Counted from the first letter of the stretch, positions 25,072 through 34,676 are shown. The stretch is DNA of 35,035 nt from Desulfobacteraceae bacterium (GCA_030597505.1 JAUVRS010000001.1:1-35035); one strand, 5' to 3'. A program made the numbers and translations. Notes: a model not told the origin generated them from the sequence alone.

Positions 25072-26601
25072 TTATCTCAAGACCTTCCGATCCAGACTCC
25101 GATATTGAATGGCCTCTGCAACGTGGGGAGACCCGATATCGGGGCTTTCTTCAAGATCGGCAATGGTCCGGGCAATCTTCAGAATGCGAGCATGGGCCCT
25201 TGCGCTCAAACCGAATTTTTCCATAGCTTTCTCCAGCAGCGTGCTGGATTCAGCATCAATCTTGCAAAACTTTTTTATTGCACGGTTGTTCATCGAACCG
25301 TTTGAATGGGGGCCCTTCTTTTTGAATCTGTTTGTCTGGATCTCTCTTGCCCTGCAGACCCTCTTTGAAATTTCTTTTGAACCAGCGCCTTCCTGGACAG
25401 AGGAAAGATCTTTGTAGGGGACCGACGGCACCTCCAGATGGATGTCTATCCTGTCCATCAACGGACCCGATATCTTGGATCGATACCTCTGGACCTGCAG
25501 AAATGAACAGGTACACTCTCGTTTGGGATGTCCCAAATGACCGCAAGGGCAAGGGTTCATGGCTGCCACAAGCATAAAATTAGCCGGGTAGGTGACCGTT
25601 GAATTGGCCCGGGAAATGGTCACTTTCCCGTCCTCCATGGGCTGTCTCAGGACCTCCAGGACGTTTTTCTTGAACTCGGGCAGTTCATCCAGGAAGAGGA
25701 CACCATTGTGAGTCAGACTCACCTGACCGGGTCTTGGCGTCTGTCCTCCTCCGATCAGACCCGCATCTGAGATGGTATGGTGCGGTGACCGAAAGGGACG
25801 TATGGTAATCAGACTTTGACCGTCCGGCATAAGACCCATCACACTGTAAATCTTGGATGTCTCCAGGGCTTCGCTAAAGGTAAGCGGGGGGAGGATCGTC
25901 GGGAGACGTCTCGCCAGCATGGTTTTACCCGAACCCGGTGGGCCGATCATGATTAGATTGTGGCTCCCTGCGGCTGAGATCTCCAGGGCCCGCTTTGCAT
26001 TTTCCTGACCGCGGACCTCCTTAAAATCCACATCCGCTTCCCGTGTTTCAAAGAGCGTATTGATTTTCACCGTAAAGGGACTTATCTTTGAAAAACCCTG
26101 CAGAACATCAACAACCTGGGACAGGGTATCACTCGGGTAAATGTTCACTCCTTCCACAACGCCTGCTTCCGGAGCATTTTCAGCAGGAAGGAAGATACCC
26201 TTGATGCCCAGTTCCTTTGCCGTAATGGCCATGGGAAGGGCGCCTTTGACAGGCCTCACGTGCCCATCAAGCGACAGTTCCCCCAGAAAGAGATAATTTG
26301 AGAGAGAAGCGTTCTCCAGGAGTTGATTGGCCCCAAGGATGCCGATAGCAATGGGCAGATCAAATGCCGAACCCTCTTTTTTGATATCCGCAGGGGCTAG
26401 GTTTACCGTGATTCGGTCCGAGGGGAAATGATAACCGGAGTTCTTGATGGCAGCCTTGACCCTATCCTTGCTTTCCCGGACCGCCCCTTCGGGCAGTCCC
26501 ACCGTGGCAAAAGAAGGGAGTCCTTGGGCGATATCGACTTCCACATCCACTATATAGGCATCGATGCCCATCACCGCGCTGCTCAGTACTTTGGCTAACA
26601 T
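25072..26601 (-). CDS. comM: Mg-chelatase-like AAA+ protein YifB/ComM
   Basis: The N-terminal Lon-like domain is MLAKVLSSAVMGIDAYIVDVEVDIAQGLPSFATVGLPEGAVRESKDRV... Walker A is GPPGSGKT, followed by ...GVLFLDELPEF... and the Zn-ribbon-like NPCPCGHLGHPKRECTCS. The C-terminus is ...RARHRILKVARTIADLE-like. Confidence 0.92.
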   Translation of the reverse strand: MLAKVLSSAVMGIDAYIVDVEVDIAQGLPSFATVGLPEGAVRESKDRVKAAIKNSGYHFPSDRITVNLAPADIKKEGSAFDLPIAIGILGANQLLENASLSNYLFLGELSLDGHVRPVKGALPMAITAKELGIKGIFLPAENAPEAGVVEGVNIYPSDTLSQVVDVLQGFSKISPFTVKINTLFETREADVDFKEVRGQENAKRALEISAAGSHNLIMIGPPGSGKTMLARRLPTILPPLTFSEALETSKIYSVMGLMPDGQSLITIRPFRSPHHTISDAGLIGGGQTPRPGQVSLTHNGVLFLDELPEFKKNVLEVLRQPMEDGKVTISRANSTVTYPANFMLVAAMNPCPCGHLGHPKRECTCSFLQVQRYRSKISGPLMDRIDIHLEVPSVPYKDLSSVQEGAGSKEISKRVCRAREIQTNRFKKKGPHSNGSMNNRAIKKFCKIDAESSTLLEKAMEKFGLSARAHARILKIARTIADLEESPDIGSPHVAEAIQYRSLDRKVLR

Positions 26602-26644
26602 TGTTCACTTTGAAGGGTTTTATTTACGAAACTCTAATTTATTC

Positions 26645-26673
26645 TTTACACCTAGCACATAAAATTGTATAAA
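26645..26673 (+). promoter_or_regulatory. Possible sigma70-type promoter upstream of rpoZ
   Basis: TTTACA (26645-26650), a 17-bp spacer, then TATAAA (26668-26673). It lies about 120 bp upstream of the rpoZ ATG. Confidence 0.35.
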
Positions 26674-26792
26674 GTAAAGTTTATTTAATATGAAATCAGC
26701 CTCATCACTCCCGATCTTTTGGCCGCAGGGTCTTCCCGGTAGATGATGAAGTAGGCGTTTTACACCACAAGACAATCGAACAGGAGATAGTT

Positions 26793-27098
26793 ATGGCACG
26801 GATAACGGTTGAAGACTGCCTCGAAAAGGTGGACAATCGTTTTCGATTGATCCATCTGGCTTCCGAACGGGTCCGTCAATTGAGAAAAGGGGCCGAACCC
26901 CTATATGTCTGCAAAAACAAAAATGTTGTGGTTGCCCTCAGAGAGATTGCCGCAGGGAAAATCTTTCCTGTTGAAAAAGAAGAAGCGGATCAGTTGATCG
27001 AAGACAACACGGACCCCGTTCAAACAGAGCTTCCGGAAGAAACAGTTGATGATTCACCAGGTGAAAAAAAGGAGCCTCAAGACGAGGTATCTGATTAG
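26793..27098 (+). CDS. rpoZ: DNA-directed RNA polymerase subunit omega
   Basis: [37 protein letters not shown]... is the canonical RpoZ N-terminus. The C-terminal tail is acidic. Confidence 0.88.
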   Translation: MARITVEDCLEKVDNRFRLIHLASERVRQLRKGAEPLYVCKNKNVVVALREIAAGKIFPVEKEEADQLIEDNTDPVQTELPEETVDDSPGEKKEPQDEVSD

Positions 27099-27123
27099 GG
27101 ATGCCCTTTACTAGAGATTAACC

Positions 27124-28242
27124 ATGTATAAGAGAGATTATTACGAAATTCTAAACCTATCCCGGAACGCGGACGGCGAACAGATAAAAAAATCCTATCG
27201 AAAACTGGCCATGGAGTACCACCCCGACAGAAACCCCGGGGATAAGGAGGCCGAGGAGAAATTCAAGGAAGCCGCCGAGGCCTATGAGGTTCTGAAAGAA
27301 AGTCAGAAGCGAGAAATTTACGATCGCTTTGGCCATGAAGGGCTTGAAGGAAGAGGCTTTACGGGTTTCAAGGGATTCGAAGACATCTTTTCCAGTTTTG
27401 GAGATATCTTTGAAGATTTCTTTGGGTTTGGGAACAACAAAGGACGGCGAAGCAGAGCCAGACAGGGAAAAAGCCTCCGTTATGATTTGGAGGTGACCCT
27501 GGAAGAGGCCTTTCTCGGAAAAGAAGACGAGATTTCTTTTCAAAGACTGGAGGCCTGCCACACCTGCAATGGATCCGGATCAAGCCCGGGGGCTGAGCCG
27601 ATGGTATGTCCCACGTGTCAGGGCAGGGGCCAGGTGATTCGATCTCAGGGGTTCTTTCAAATCAGTACGGCCTGCTCAGCCTGTCATGGCCAGGGTGAAA
27701 TCATCAGCGATCCCTGCAAAGATTGCAGAGGCGGGGGGGAAATCAGGGTTGAAAAAAACATCAATGTCAAGATCCCACCGGGCGTTGATACTGGTTCTCA
27801 ACTCAGGTTACGTGGTGAAGGCGAATCGGGAGAAGACGGGGGGCCACCTGGGGACCTGTTCGTGGTTATCCACGTAAAAGAGCATGATTTTTTTGCCAGG
27901 GAAGAGGATAATCTCATTTGCCAAATCCCCGTATCATTTGTCCAGGCCGCGTTGGGGGATAGAATAGTGATCCCCGTCCTGGGGGAAGAGGGTGGTCATG
28001 AATTGGAGATCCCTCATGGGACGCAACCCAGTGAGATCATCAGGGTTCCCGGGAAAGGGATGTCCAGCATCAGAGGTCATCGCCGAAGGGGGGATCTCTA
28101 CGTAAAAGTTAACGTAAAAATCCCAAAAAAATTGAGTCAGAAACAAAGGGATCTGCTGCAGGCCTTTGCCGAGGCAGAAGGGGTCACCCCATCGAGCAAG
28201 AGAGCAAAGGTAAGAGACTTCCTAAAAAAAATGGCGCAATAG
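27124..28242 (+). CDS. dnaJ: Molecular chaperone DnaJ (type I: J domain, G/F region, four CxxCxGxG repeats)
   Basis: DYYEILNLSRNADGEQIKKSYRKLAMEYHPDRNP is the J domain with its HPD motif. The zinc-finger repeats are CHTCNGSG, CPTCQGRG, CSACHGQG and CKDCRGGG. No dnaK or grpE is adjacent. Confidence 0.93.
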   Translation: MYKRDYYEILNLSRNADGEQIKKSYRKLAMEYHPDRNPGDKEAEEKFKEAAEAYEVLKESQKREIYDRFGHEGLEGRGFTGFKGFEDIFSSFGDIFEDFFGFGNNKGRRSRARQGKSLRYDLEVTLEEAFLGKEDEISFQRLEACHTCNGSGSSPGAEPMVCPTCQGRGQVIRSQGFFQISTACSACHGQGEIISDPCKDCRGGGEIRVEKNINVKIPPGVDTGSQLRLRGEGESGEDGGPPGDLFVVIHVKEHDFFAREEDNLICQIPVSFVQAALGDRIVIPVLGEEGGHELEIPHGTQPSEIIRVPGKGMSSIRGHRRRGDLYVKVNVKIPKKLSQKQRDLLQAFAEAEGVTPSSKRAKVRDFLKKMAQ

Positions 28243-28340
28243 CAGCCATTCAGCAGTAAGGGTAAACCAAAAATTCTTTACATTTCCTTCAAACGGTGGT
28301 AATGGAATTCCCTTAATTTTAGAAATGGAGCCTGATAGTC

Positions 28341-28706
28341 ATGCTCAGCAAGAAAAAACAGAAATATTTCGAGGAATTACTCACAAAAAGACTGACTGAT
28401 CTCCTGGATGAAGCAAATAAGACCGTAAGCGGGATGACCGATTTTCGAGAGAATTTTCCAGACCCCACCGACAGGGCGACACTGGAGGCGGACAGAAATT
28501 TTACACTCAGGATCAGGGACAGAGAAAGGAGATTGATCGGAAAGATCAGAGATGCCCTCGAGAGGCTTGACAATGGGACTTTCGGGATCTGTGAGGAATG
28601 CGAAGAAGAGATCTCTGATGAAAGATTAATGGCCCGGCCGGTGACTACTTCCTGTATTAACTGCAAGAAAAACCAGGAAAACCAGGAAAGGCTCAAGGGC
28701 CAATAA
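28341..28706 (+). CDS. DksA/TraR-family C4 zinc-finger protein
   Basis: 121 aa. A coiled-coil region is followed by ...GTFGICEECEEEISDERLMARPVTTSCINC (CxxC-N17-CxxC). Confidence 0.85.
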   Translation: MLSKKKQKYFEELLTKRLTDLLDEANKTVSGMTDFRENFPDPTDRATLEADRNFTLRIRDRERRLIGKIRDALERLDNGTFGICEECEEEISDERLMARPVTTSCINCKKNQENQERLKGQ

Positions 28707-28731
28707 TCGCTATTTTCCAATTCCGTTTGAC

Positions 28732-28770
28732 AAGCCGGCGCAAATTTAATGCCCGGCTTTTTGCTTTTTT
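28732..28770 (+). terminator. Rho-independent terminator after the dksA-like gene
   Basis: The stem is AAGCCGG / CCGGCTT, with two further inner pairs, followed by TTTTGCTTTTTT. Confidence 0.7.
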
Positions 28771-28839
28771 GAACGACCCCTCTCAAATCCTTTTTCGGTA
28801 TGGTATGATCTCTTTGTCAGGATATATAGGGTATAGAAA

Positions 28840-31557
28840 GTGAGTACGCCTGTGGGGAAAAAAGAAGACACAAAACAGGGAAAAGAGGACCATCAGGAGA
28901 GTGTTCATGAGGAGGTCATTACGACCCATGTCAATGCAGATTTTGATGCATTGGCATCTATGATAGCTGCCAGCAAACTTTATCCTGAGGCTGCACTTGT
29001 CTTTCCCGGATCACAGGAAAAAAACCTCAGAAACTTTTTCCTTCATTCCACCTCATATATCTTTAATTTCACAAAGATAAAAAATCTTAATTTTGATCAG
29101 ATAAAAAGACTGATCCTCGTTGACACCCGACAAAAGAGCCGGATAGGAAAATTTGCCGAACTTACAGAGAAAAAGGGGGTTGAAATCCATATCTACGACC
29201 ATCACCCTGACTCTGGTGAAGATGCCCACGGTCACGTAGAGATCATCCGTAAAATCGGGTCCACCACCGCCCTGCTTACAAACCTCATCCGTGAAAAAGG
29301 CATTTCCGTATCTGCTGATGAAGCAACCGTCATGTGCCTGGGGATTCACGAGGATACAGGGTCTTTTACCTTTTCATCCACAAAGGCGGAAGACTATCAA
29401 GCGGCCGCATGGCTGACGGATCAGGGGGCGAACCATAATATCATCGCGGACATGCTTACAAGGGAACTCACCGCAGAGCAGGTCTGGCTCCTCAATGATC
29501 TTACCCAGGCGGCCACGACAACAGTGATTGATGGCGTGGAGATAGTCATAACTAAGGTTGTCAGAGATAAATACGTGGGAGATTTCGCTGTTCTTGTCCA
29601 CAAATTTATGGAAATGGAGAATCTGAACGTGGTCTTTGCCCTGGCGCAAATGGAGGACCGCGTCTACCTGGTGGCACGAAGCCGTATCCAGGAGGTTAAC
29701 GCGGCAGAAATAGCACTCGCCCTGGGCGGCGGAGGGCATTCCCAAGCTGCATCAGCCACCATCCGAAACAAGACCCTCACCCAGGTTGAAAGATCCCTGC
29801 AGAAACTGTTGAGAAGCAGGGTCACCCCCGGAAAACGGGCAAAGGACATGATGTCCTCACCGGTGATCCATATTTCACCTGAAGACACCCTGCAAAAAGC
29901 CGCCGGTTTGATGACCCGCTACAACATAAATGTTCTTCTGGTTATGGACGGGGGGGGTATCCTGAAGGGTTATGTTACAAGACAAATAGTTGAAAAAGCA
30001 GTATTTTTTGGTCTTGAACATATCAAAGTAAACGATTACATGAATATTGAATTTTCTGAAATCCATCCCAAGGCCTCTCTCAAGGAGGTTCAGGAATTGA
30101 TTATCAGAAAAAAACTCAGGATACTTCCTGTTGTAGAAAATGGGACAGTGCAGGGTGTCATCACCCGGACAGACCTCCTACACATTCTTTTGGGTTCACC
30201 GTCGGTTCCTGAATTTTTCTATGATTCCAAAAACACCTCTCATTTTATAAGAAAAAAAAATATGGCCGCCGTAATCAACAAAAGACTTCCCGCAAAAATG
30301 ATCAAACTCCTTAAAGATTTTGGTCAAATCGCGGATATGCTGGAATATAATGTCTATCTTGTTGGCGGTCTGGTGAGAGATATATTCCTGAAGCGTGAAA
30401 ATTTTGACGTAGACATAGTTATTGAAGGCGACGGCATTAATTTTGCCCGCGAATTCGCAGCGCATCATGATGCCCGGGTCAGGAGTCACCCCAAGTTCGG
30501 AACCGCTGTGCTTGTTTTCTCAGACGGTTTCAAGGTTGATGTAGCCACGGCCCGGATGGAATATTATGAATCACCGGGTGCCCCTCCCATTGTTGAGACC
30601 AGTTCCCTGAAACTGGATCTTTACAGACGCGATTTTACCATTAACACCCTCGCCATAAAACTCAATAAGAGGAGTTATGGCACCCTCATCGACTACTTCG
30701 GGGCCCAAGAGGATATAAGGGACAAGGTCCTGCGTGTCCTCCACAACCTTAGCTTCGTTGAAGACCCTACGCGGGTGCTGAGGGCCATCAGGTTTGAACA
30801 GAGGTTCGGGTTTAAAATCGGAAAGCTTACTCTCGCCCTGATCAAGAACGCAGTTAAAATCAACTGTTTTAAAGACCTTTCAGGTCATCGATTATTTCTG
30901 GAACTCAAACTTATCCTAAAAGAATATGACCCCAAGAAGGCCATAGAGAGAATGAATGAATTTGGCCTGCTTCAGTTTATTTCTCCGGAAATCGAGTTGA
31001 CCCAAAAACTTTCAAATTTTTTTGAAGAAATTCGAAAGGTCATCGTATGGTACAACCTTCTTTACGTGGAGGAACCTTTTGAACCATGGAAGGTTTACTG
31101 GCATGGCCTCACTTCCCCCCTTGACAACAAGGCCCTAAAGGCGTTGACCCAGAGGATGGGGATCTTTGACCAGGAAACCGAGAGGATGATCCGTCAACGG
31201 AAAGATGAAAAAAAACTTCTGGATTCTCTTTACCGGTTTGATGGTGACAACTATCCCCTCTATACTTTGCTCCTTCCATATGATACAGAGACATTGCTTT
31301 ATCTCATGGCCAAGACGAGCAATGAAAAAATCAGGCGGCTCATTTCAAACTATTTTACCAGGCTTAAAGGGACAAAGATTCAACTCAAGGGAAAAGACCT
31401 AGTTAACATGGGTTTTCAGCCGGGCCCGGTCTTTAAAAAAATCTTTGACAGCCTTCTGGAGGCTCGGTTGAACGACCTTATAAAAACGAAGGGTGACGAA
31501 ATTAAACTTGTAAAGAAAAAGTGGCAGTCCTCAGTGGGCCCTGGGAACAAAAAATGA
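28840..31557 (+). CDS. Multidomain DHH-DHHA1 phosphoesterase + CBS pair + class II nucleotidyltransferase (CCA-adding / poly(A) polymerase family)
   Basis: The N-terminus is ...ITTHVNADFDALAS..., ...DHHP (DHH), ...GGGGHSQAASA (DHHA1). Two CBS motifs lie near aa 330-450. The C-terminal half has LVGGLVRDIFL...DVDIVIEG, RRDFTINTLA and EDPTRVLRAIRF, which are nucleotidyltransferase head motifs. The start is GTG. Confidence 0.85.
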   Translation: MSTPVGKKEDTKQGKEDHQESVHEEVITTHVNADFDALASMIAASKLYPEAALVFPGSQEKNLRNFFLHSTSYIFNFTKIKNLNFDQIKRLILVDTRQKSRIGKFAELTEKKGVEIHIYDHHPDSGEDAHGHVEIIRKIGSTTALLTNLIREKGISVSADEATVMCLGIHEDTGSFTFSSTKAEDYQAAAWLTDQGANHNIIADMLTRELTAEQVWLLNDLTQAATTTVIDGVEIVITKVVRDKYVGDFAVLVHKFMEMENLNVVFALAQMEDRVYLVARSRIQEVNAAEIALALGGGGHSQAASATIRNKTLTQVERSLQKLLRSRVTPGKRAKDMMSSPVIHISPEDTLQKAAGLMTRYNINVLLVMDGGGILKGYVTRQIVEKAVFFGLEHIKVNDYMNIEFSEIHPKASLKEVQELIIRKKLRILPVVENGTVQGVITRTDLLHILLGSPSVPEFFYDSKNTSHFIRKKNMAAVINKRLPAKMIKLLKDFGQIADMLEYNVYLVGGLVRDIFLKRENFDVDIVIEGDGINFAREFAAHHDARVRSHPKFGTAVLVFSDGFKVDVATARMEYYESPGAPPIVETSSLKLDLYRRDFTINTLAIKLNKRSYGTLIDYFGAQEDIRDKVLRVLHNLSFVEDPTRVLRAIRFEQRFGFKIGKLTLALIKNAVKINCFKDLSGHRLFLELKLILKEYDPKKAIERMNEFGLLQFISPEIELTQKLSNFFEEIRKVIVWYNLLYVEEPFEPWKVYWHGLTSPLDNKALKALTQRMGIFDQETERMIRQRKDEKKLLDSLYRFDGDNYPLYTLLLPYDTETLLYLMAKTSNEKIRRLISNYFTRLKGTKIQLKGKDLVNMGFQPGPVFKKIFDSLLEARLNDLIKTKGDEIKLVKKKWQSSVGPGNKK

Positions 31558-31661
31558 CAACCTCACAGGATGTTCACTCGCCCACGACCGGACCGGGGTT
31601 TTTAGCCTCCTGATCTTTGTTCTTTGCTAAATTATCAATAATAGAAAAGGAATTTCGACAT

Positions 31662-32651
31662 ATGACAGAAAAGAGAATAGTTAGCGGAATGCGACCCACG
31701 GGAAAAATCCACCTGGGACACCTCCATGGTGCACTGCTCAACTGGAAGCGACTTCAGGACGAATACAAATGTTTCTATTTTATAGCGGACTGGCATGCCC
31801 TGACCAGTGAGTATGCCCATCCCCGCGTTATTGAAGAAACCATATATGATATCATAATCGACTGGATTTCCGTGGGACTTGACCCGGAAATATCAACCTT
31901 TTTTGTCCAGTCGCAGCTAAAAGAGCATGCAGAGCTCCACCTCATCTTTTCGATGATCACCCCGCTCCCATGGCTGGAGAGAAACCCCACATATAAAGAA
32001 CAACTCCGACAATTGACTCAAAAGGATATTCACACGTATGGATTTCTGGGATACCCGGTACTCCAGGCCGCTGACATCCTTATGTATAAGGCAAACGGGG
32101 TGCCGGTTGGTGAAGACCAGGCACCCCATGTTGAACTGACCAGAGAGATAGCGCGCAGGTTCAATCATCTTTACGGCGAGGTATTCCCTATCCCCGACGT
32201 ACTCCTCACTCCCACATCAAAGCTACTCGGAATCGACCGTAGAAAGATGAGTAAGAGTTATGGTAATGCCATATACCTCACAGACTCAGATGAAGAGATC
32301 TCTAAAAAAATCGGCGAGATGATTACAGATCCGCAACGGGCAAGAAGAAAAGATCCTGGAAATCCAGACATCTGTAACGTATTTTCCTATCAGGAGATAT
32401 ATACCGATCCTGAAACAGTCCAACGGATCAACGGCGAATGCCGCTCTGCAGAGATAGGGTGCGTGGATTGCAAAAAAATAATGGTCTCCAGCCTGAGCAG
32501 TGCGCTTGAACCGATCCGGGCAAAAAGAAAAGAGTTGGAGGCCGATATGGAAAAAGTCAAGGAAATCGTTACGGAAGGCAATGTCAGGGCCCGCGCCATT
32601 TGCAGGGATACCATGGGACAGGTGAGGGAGGCCGTTGGACTACGAGGTTAG
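31662..32651 (+). CDS. trpS: Tryptophan--tRNA ligase
   Basis: MTEKRIVSGMRPTGKIHLGHLHGAL carries the HIGH-type motif, and ...KMSKS... is present. I set the start at the ATG at 31662, after AAAAGGA. The ORF-track extension begins at a TTG. Confidence 0.93.
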   Translation: MTEKRIVSGMRPTGKIHLGHLHGALLNWKRLQDEYKCFYFIADWHALTSEYAHPRVIEETIYDIIIDWISVGLDPEISTFFVQSQLKEHAELHLIFSMITPLPWLERNPTYKEQLRQLTQKDIHTYGFLGYPVLQAADILMYKANGVPVGEDQAPHVELTREIARRFNHLYGEVFPIPDVLLTPTSKLLGIDRRKMSKSYGNAIYLTDSDEEISKKIGEMITDPQRARRKDPGNPDICNVFSYQEIYTDPETVQRINGECRSAEIGCVDCKKIMVSSLSSALEPIRAKRKELEADMEKVKEIVTEGNVRARAICRDTMGQVREAVGLRG

Positions 32652-33399
32652 ACTGGATATATTTGAGGGTCCTTTGGATCTGTTGCTTCATCTCATCCAC
32701 AAGAGTGAGGTGGATATCTTTGATATCCCAATCGCAACGATCGCGGATCAATATCTTGAATACCTCGAAATGATGAAGGCCTTGAATATAGACGTGGCCG
32801 GGGATTTCCTGGTAATGGCGTCAACGTTGGTCCACATAAAGTCAAAGATGTTGCTCCCGGATTCAAAAGAAGAGCAGGAGGAAGAGATATTCAATGAGAT
32901 CACCCGGCCGCTGCTGGAATATATCAGTCTCAGGGACGCCGCCCAGGAACTGTCTGAGAGAGAACTCCTTGATCGAGATGTCTTCGCCCGCCATGTGCCA
33001 CCCTATTTGCAAAGACAATTGGGGGATGAAGAACCTCAATTGGATGTCAACCTCTTCCAGCTGATTGACGCATTCAGACGGCTCATGGATCAGAGGCTGC
33101 CGGGGGTTCAGCTAAGTTTTCGACCCGAAAAATGGTCTGTAAAGGAAAAGACTGAGATTATCATTGCTCGCCTCAAAGAAAATAATTCTATATTTTTCTA
33201 TGAACTTTTCAGTGAAGATCGCACTGTCTCCGAATTCATCGTCTCATTTCTGGCCCTTCTGGAACTGGTCCACCGGGGTCTTGTAAAAATATTTCAACTC
33301 ACCCTCGAAAGTGACATTCAGTTGACAGCCTTATTTGAGGGAAACAAACAAAATGGCACAATAGGTAACGATGGAAAAACCACTCAAATTGATTATTGA
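32635..33399 (+). CDS. scpA: Segregation and condensation protein A (kleisin)
   Basis: ...LDIFEGPLDLLLHLIHKSEVDIFDIPIATIADQYLEYL... is canonical ScpA. It has a TTG start that overlaps the trpS end. Confidence 0.88.
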   Translation: MDYEVRLDIFEGPLDLLLHLIHKSEVDIFDIPIATIADQYLEYLEMMKALNIDVAGDFLVMASTLVHIKSKMLLPDSKEEQEEEIFNEITRPLLEYISLRDAAQELSERELLDRDVFARHVPPYLQRQLGDEEPQLDVNLFQLIDAFRRLMDQRLPGVQLSFRPEKWSVKEKTEIIIARLKENNSIFFYELFSEDRTVSEFIVSFLALLELVHRGLVKIFQLTLESDIQLTALFEGNKQNGTIGNDGKTTQIDY

Positions 33400-33967
33400 A
33401 TCACTTCTGTTCGCAGCAGACAATCCGTTGAGTGCCCGTGAAATCCATGGCTGGTTATCAGAGGAGACCCAACCCAACATCAGACAGGTCCTCAAAGAGC
33501 TTCAAAAAGAATACGACACCATGGGAAGGAGTTTTGTACTCAAAGAGGTAGCTGAAGGCTACCAATTTAGGACAAGATCAGGATATTCACCTTATGTCGT
33601 TCGGATGCTTAAAGCCTCCCCAACCCGGCTCTCCCGTCCGGCCCTGGAAACCTTGGCCATCATCGCTTACAAACAGCCCGTTCTCCGACAGGAAATCGAA
33701 AGGTTAAGGGGAGTAGATGTGGGGGGAGTTCTGAAAGTCCTTTTAGAAAAAAATTTGATCAGGATTATGGGCCGGAAAAACCTCCCCGGCAGACCCTTGA
33801 TTTATGGAACTGCCAAAAGGTTCCTTGAGGTGTTTGACCTCAAGGATCTGAAATCACTCCCAAAACTGGAAGAAATAAAGGATTTTGGATTTGACGAACA
33901 TGGAACCACTCTGCCCCAGTCCCCCTCTTCGGAAGACCAGCGGCAATCTGAAGATCCAGAGACTTAA
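33371..33967 (+). CDS. scpB: Segregation and condensation protein B
   Basis: ...IESLLFAADNPLSAREI... and ...LSRPALETLAIIAYKQPVLRQEIERLRGVD... match ScpB. It overlaps the scpA end. Confidence 0.88.
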   Translation: MEKPLKLIIESLLFAADNPLSAREIHGWLSEETQPNIRQVLKELQKEYDTMGRSFVLKEVAEGYQFRTRSGYSPYVVRMLKASPTRLSRPALETLAIIAYKQPVLRQEIERLRGVDVGGVLKVLLEKNLIRIMGRKNLPGRPLIYGTAKRFLEVFDLKDLKSLPKLEEIKDFGFDEHGTTLPQSPSSEDQRQSEDPET

Positions 33968-34676
33968 CAAGGTCCTGTCTGCCGCCGGCATCACGTCCAG
34001 ACGTAAAGCAGATGAATGGATCATAAAGGGACGGGTAACGGTAAATGGGAAACTTATTACACAACGCGGGTTCCGGGTAGCTTATGGGGAGGATCGAATT
34101 TGCGTCGATGGAAAAGAGCTTCAAACCCCTTTGGAAAGGGTTTATATCATGCTCAACAAACCCTTTGCCTATATTTCCTCCCTTAACGACCCTGAGGGGA
34201 GACCCGTGGTGACCGATCTGCTGCAAGGAATCCCTCAACGGATCTATCCTGTGGGCCGTCTCGATTTTGACAGTCTCGGGTTGTTGCTTTTTACCAATGA
34301 CGGCGAATGGACCTATCGTCTTACCCACCCCAGCTATCAAATTCCCCGTACATATAAAGCAACGGTTGAGGGTGAAATACACAAAGACACACTGGATATC
34401 CTGCGGCGGGGAGTCCAATTAGACGACGGTCCCAGCGGTCCAGCCACTGCGACCCTCATAGGCCGGGAGCGAGGTCGCACCCAGGTCAGACTGACTATCA
34501 CACAAGGGAGACCACGGCAGGTAAGACGGATGTTTGCGGCGATCAATTGTCAGGTTATTCACCTGATAAGGATTGGGTTTGGCAGCCTTCGACTGGGAGA
34601 TCTCAAGGTAGGCAAATACCGCCACCTTACCACTGATGAATTATATAAAATGAAAAAATCAGTAGGATTGGTATAA
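33900..34676 (+). CDS. rluB: Pseudouridine synthase, RsuA/RluB family (S4 domain + catalytic domain)
   Basis: RLNKVLSAAGITSRRKADEWIIKGRVTVNG is the S4 domain. YPVGRLDFDSLGLLLFTNDGE holds the catalytic Asp motif. The start is uncertain: ATG at 33885 or 33900, and both overlap scpB. Confidence 0.85.
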   Translation: MEPLCPSPPLRKTSGNLKIQRLNKVLSAAGITSRRKADEWIIKGRVTVNGKLITQRGFRVAYGEDRICVDGKELQTPLERVYIMLNKPFAYISSLNDPEGRPVVTDLLQGIPQRIYPVGRLDFDSLGLLLFTNDGEWTYRLTHPSYQIPRTYKATVEGEIHKDTLDILRRGVQLDDGPSGPATATLIGRERGRTQVRLTITQGRPRQVRRMFAAINCQVIHLIRIGFGSLRLGDLKVGKYRHLTTDELYKMKKSVGLV

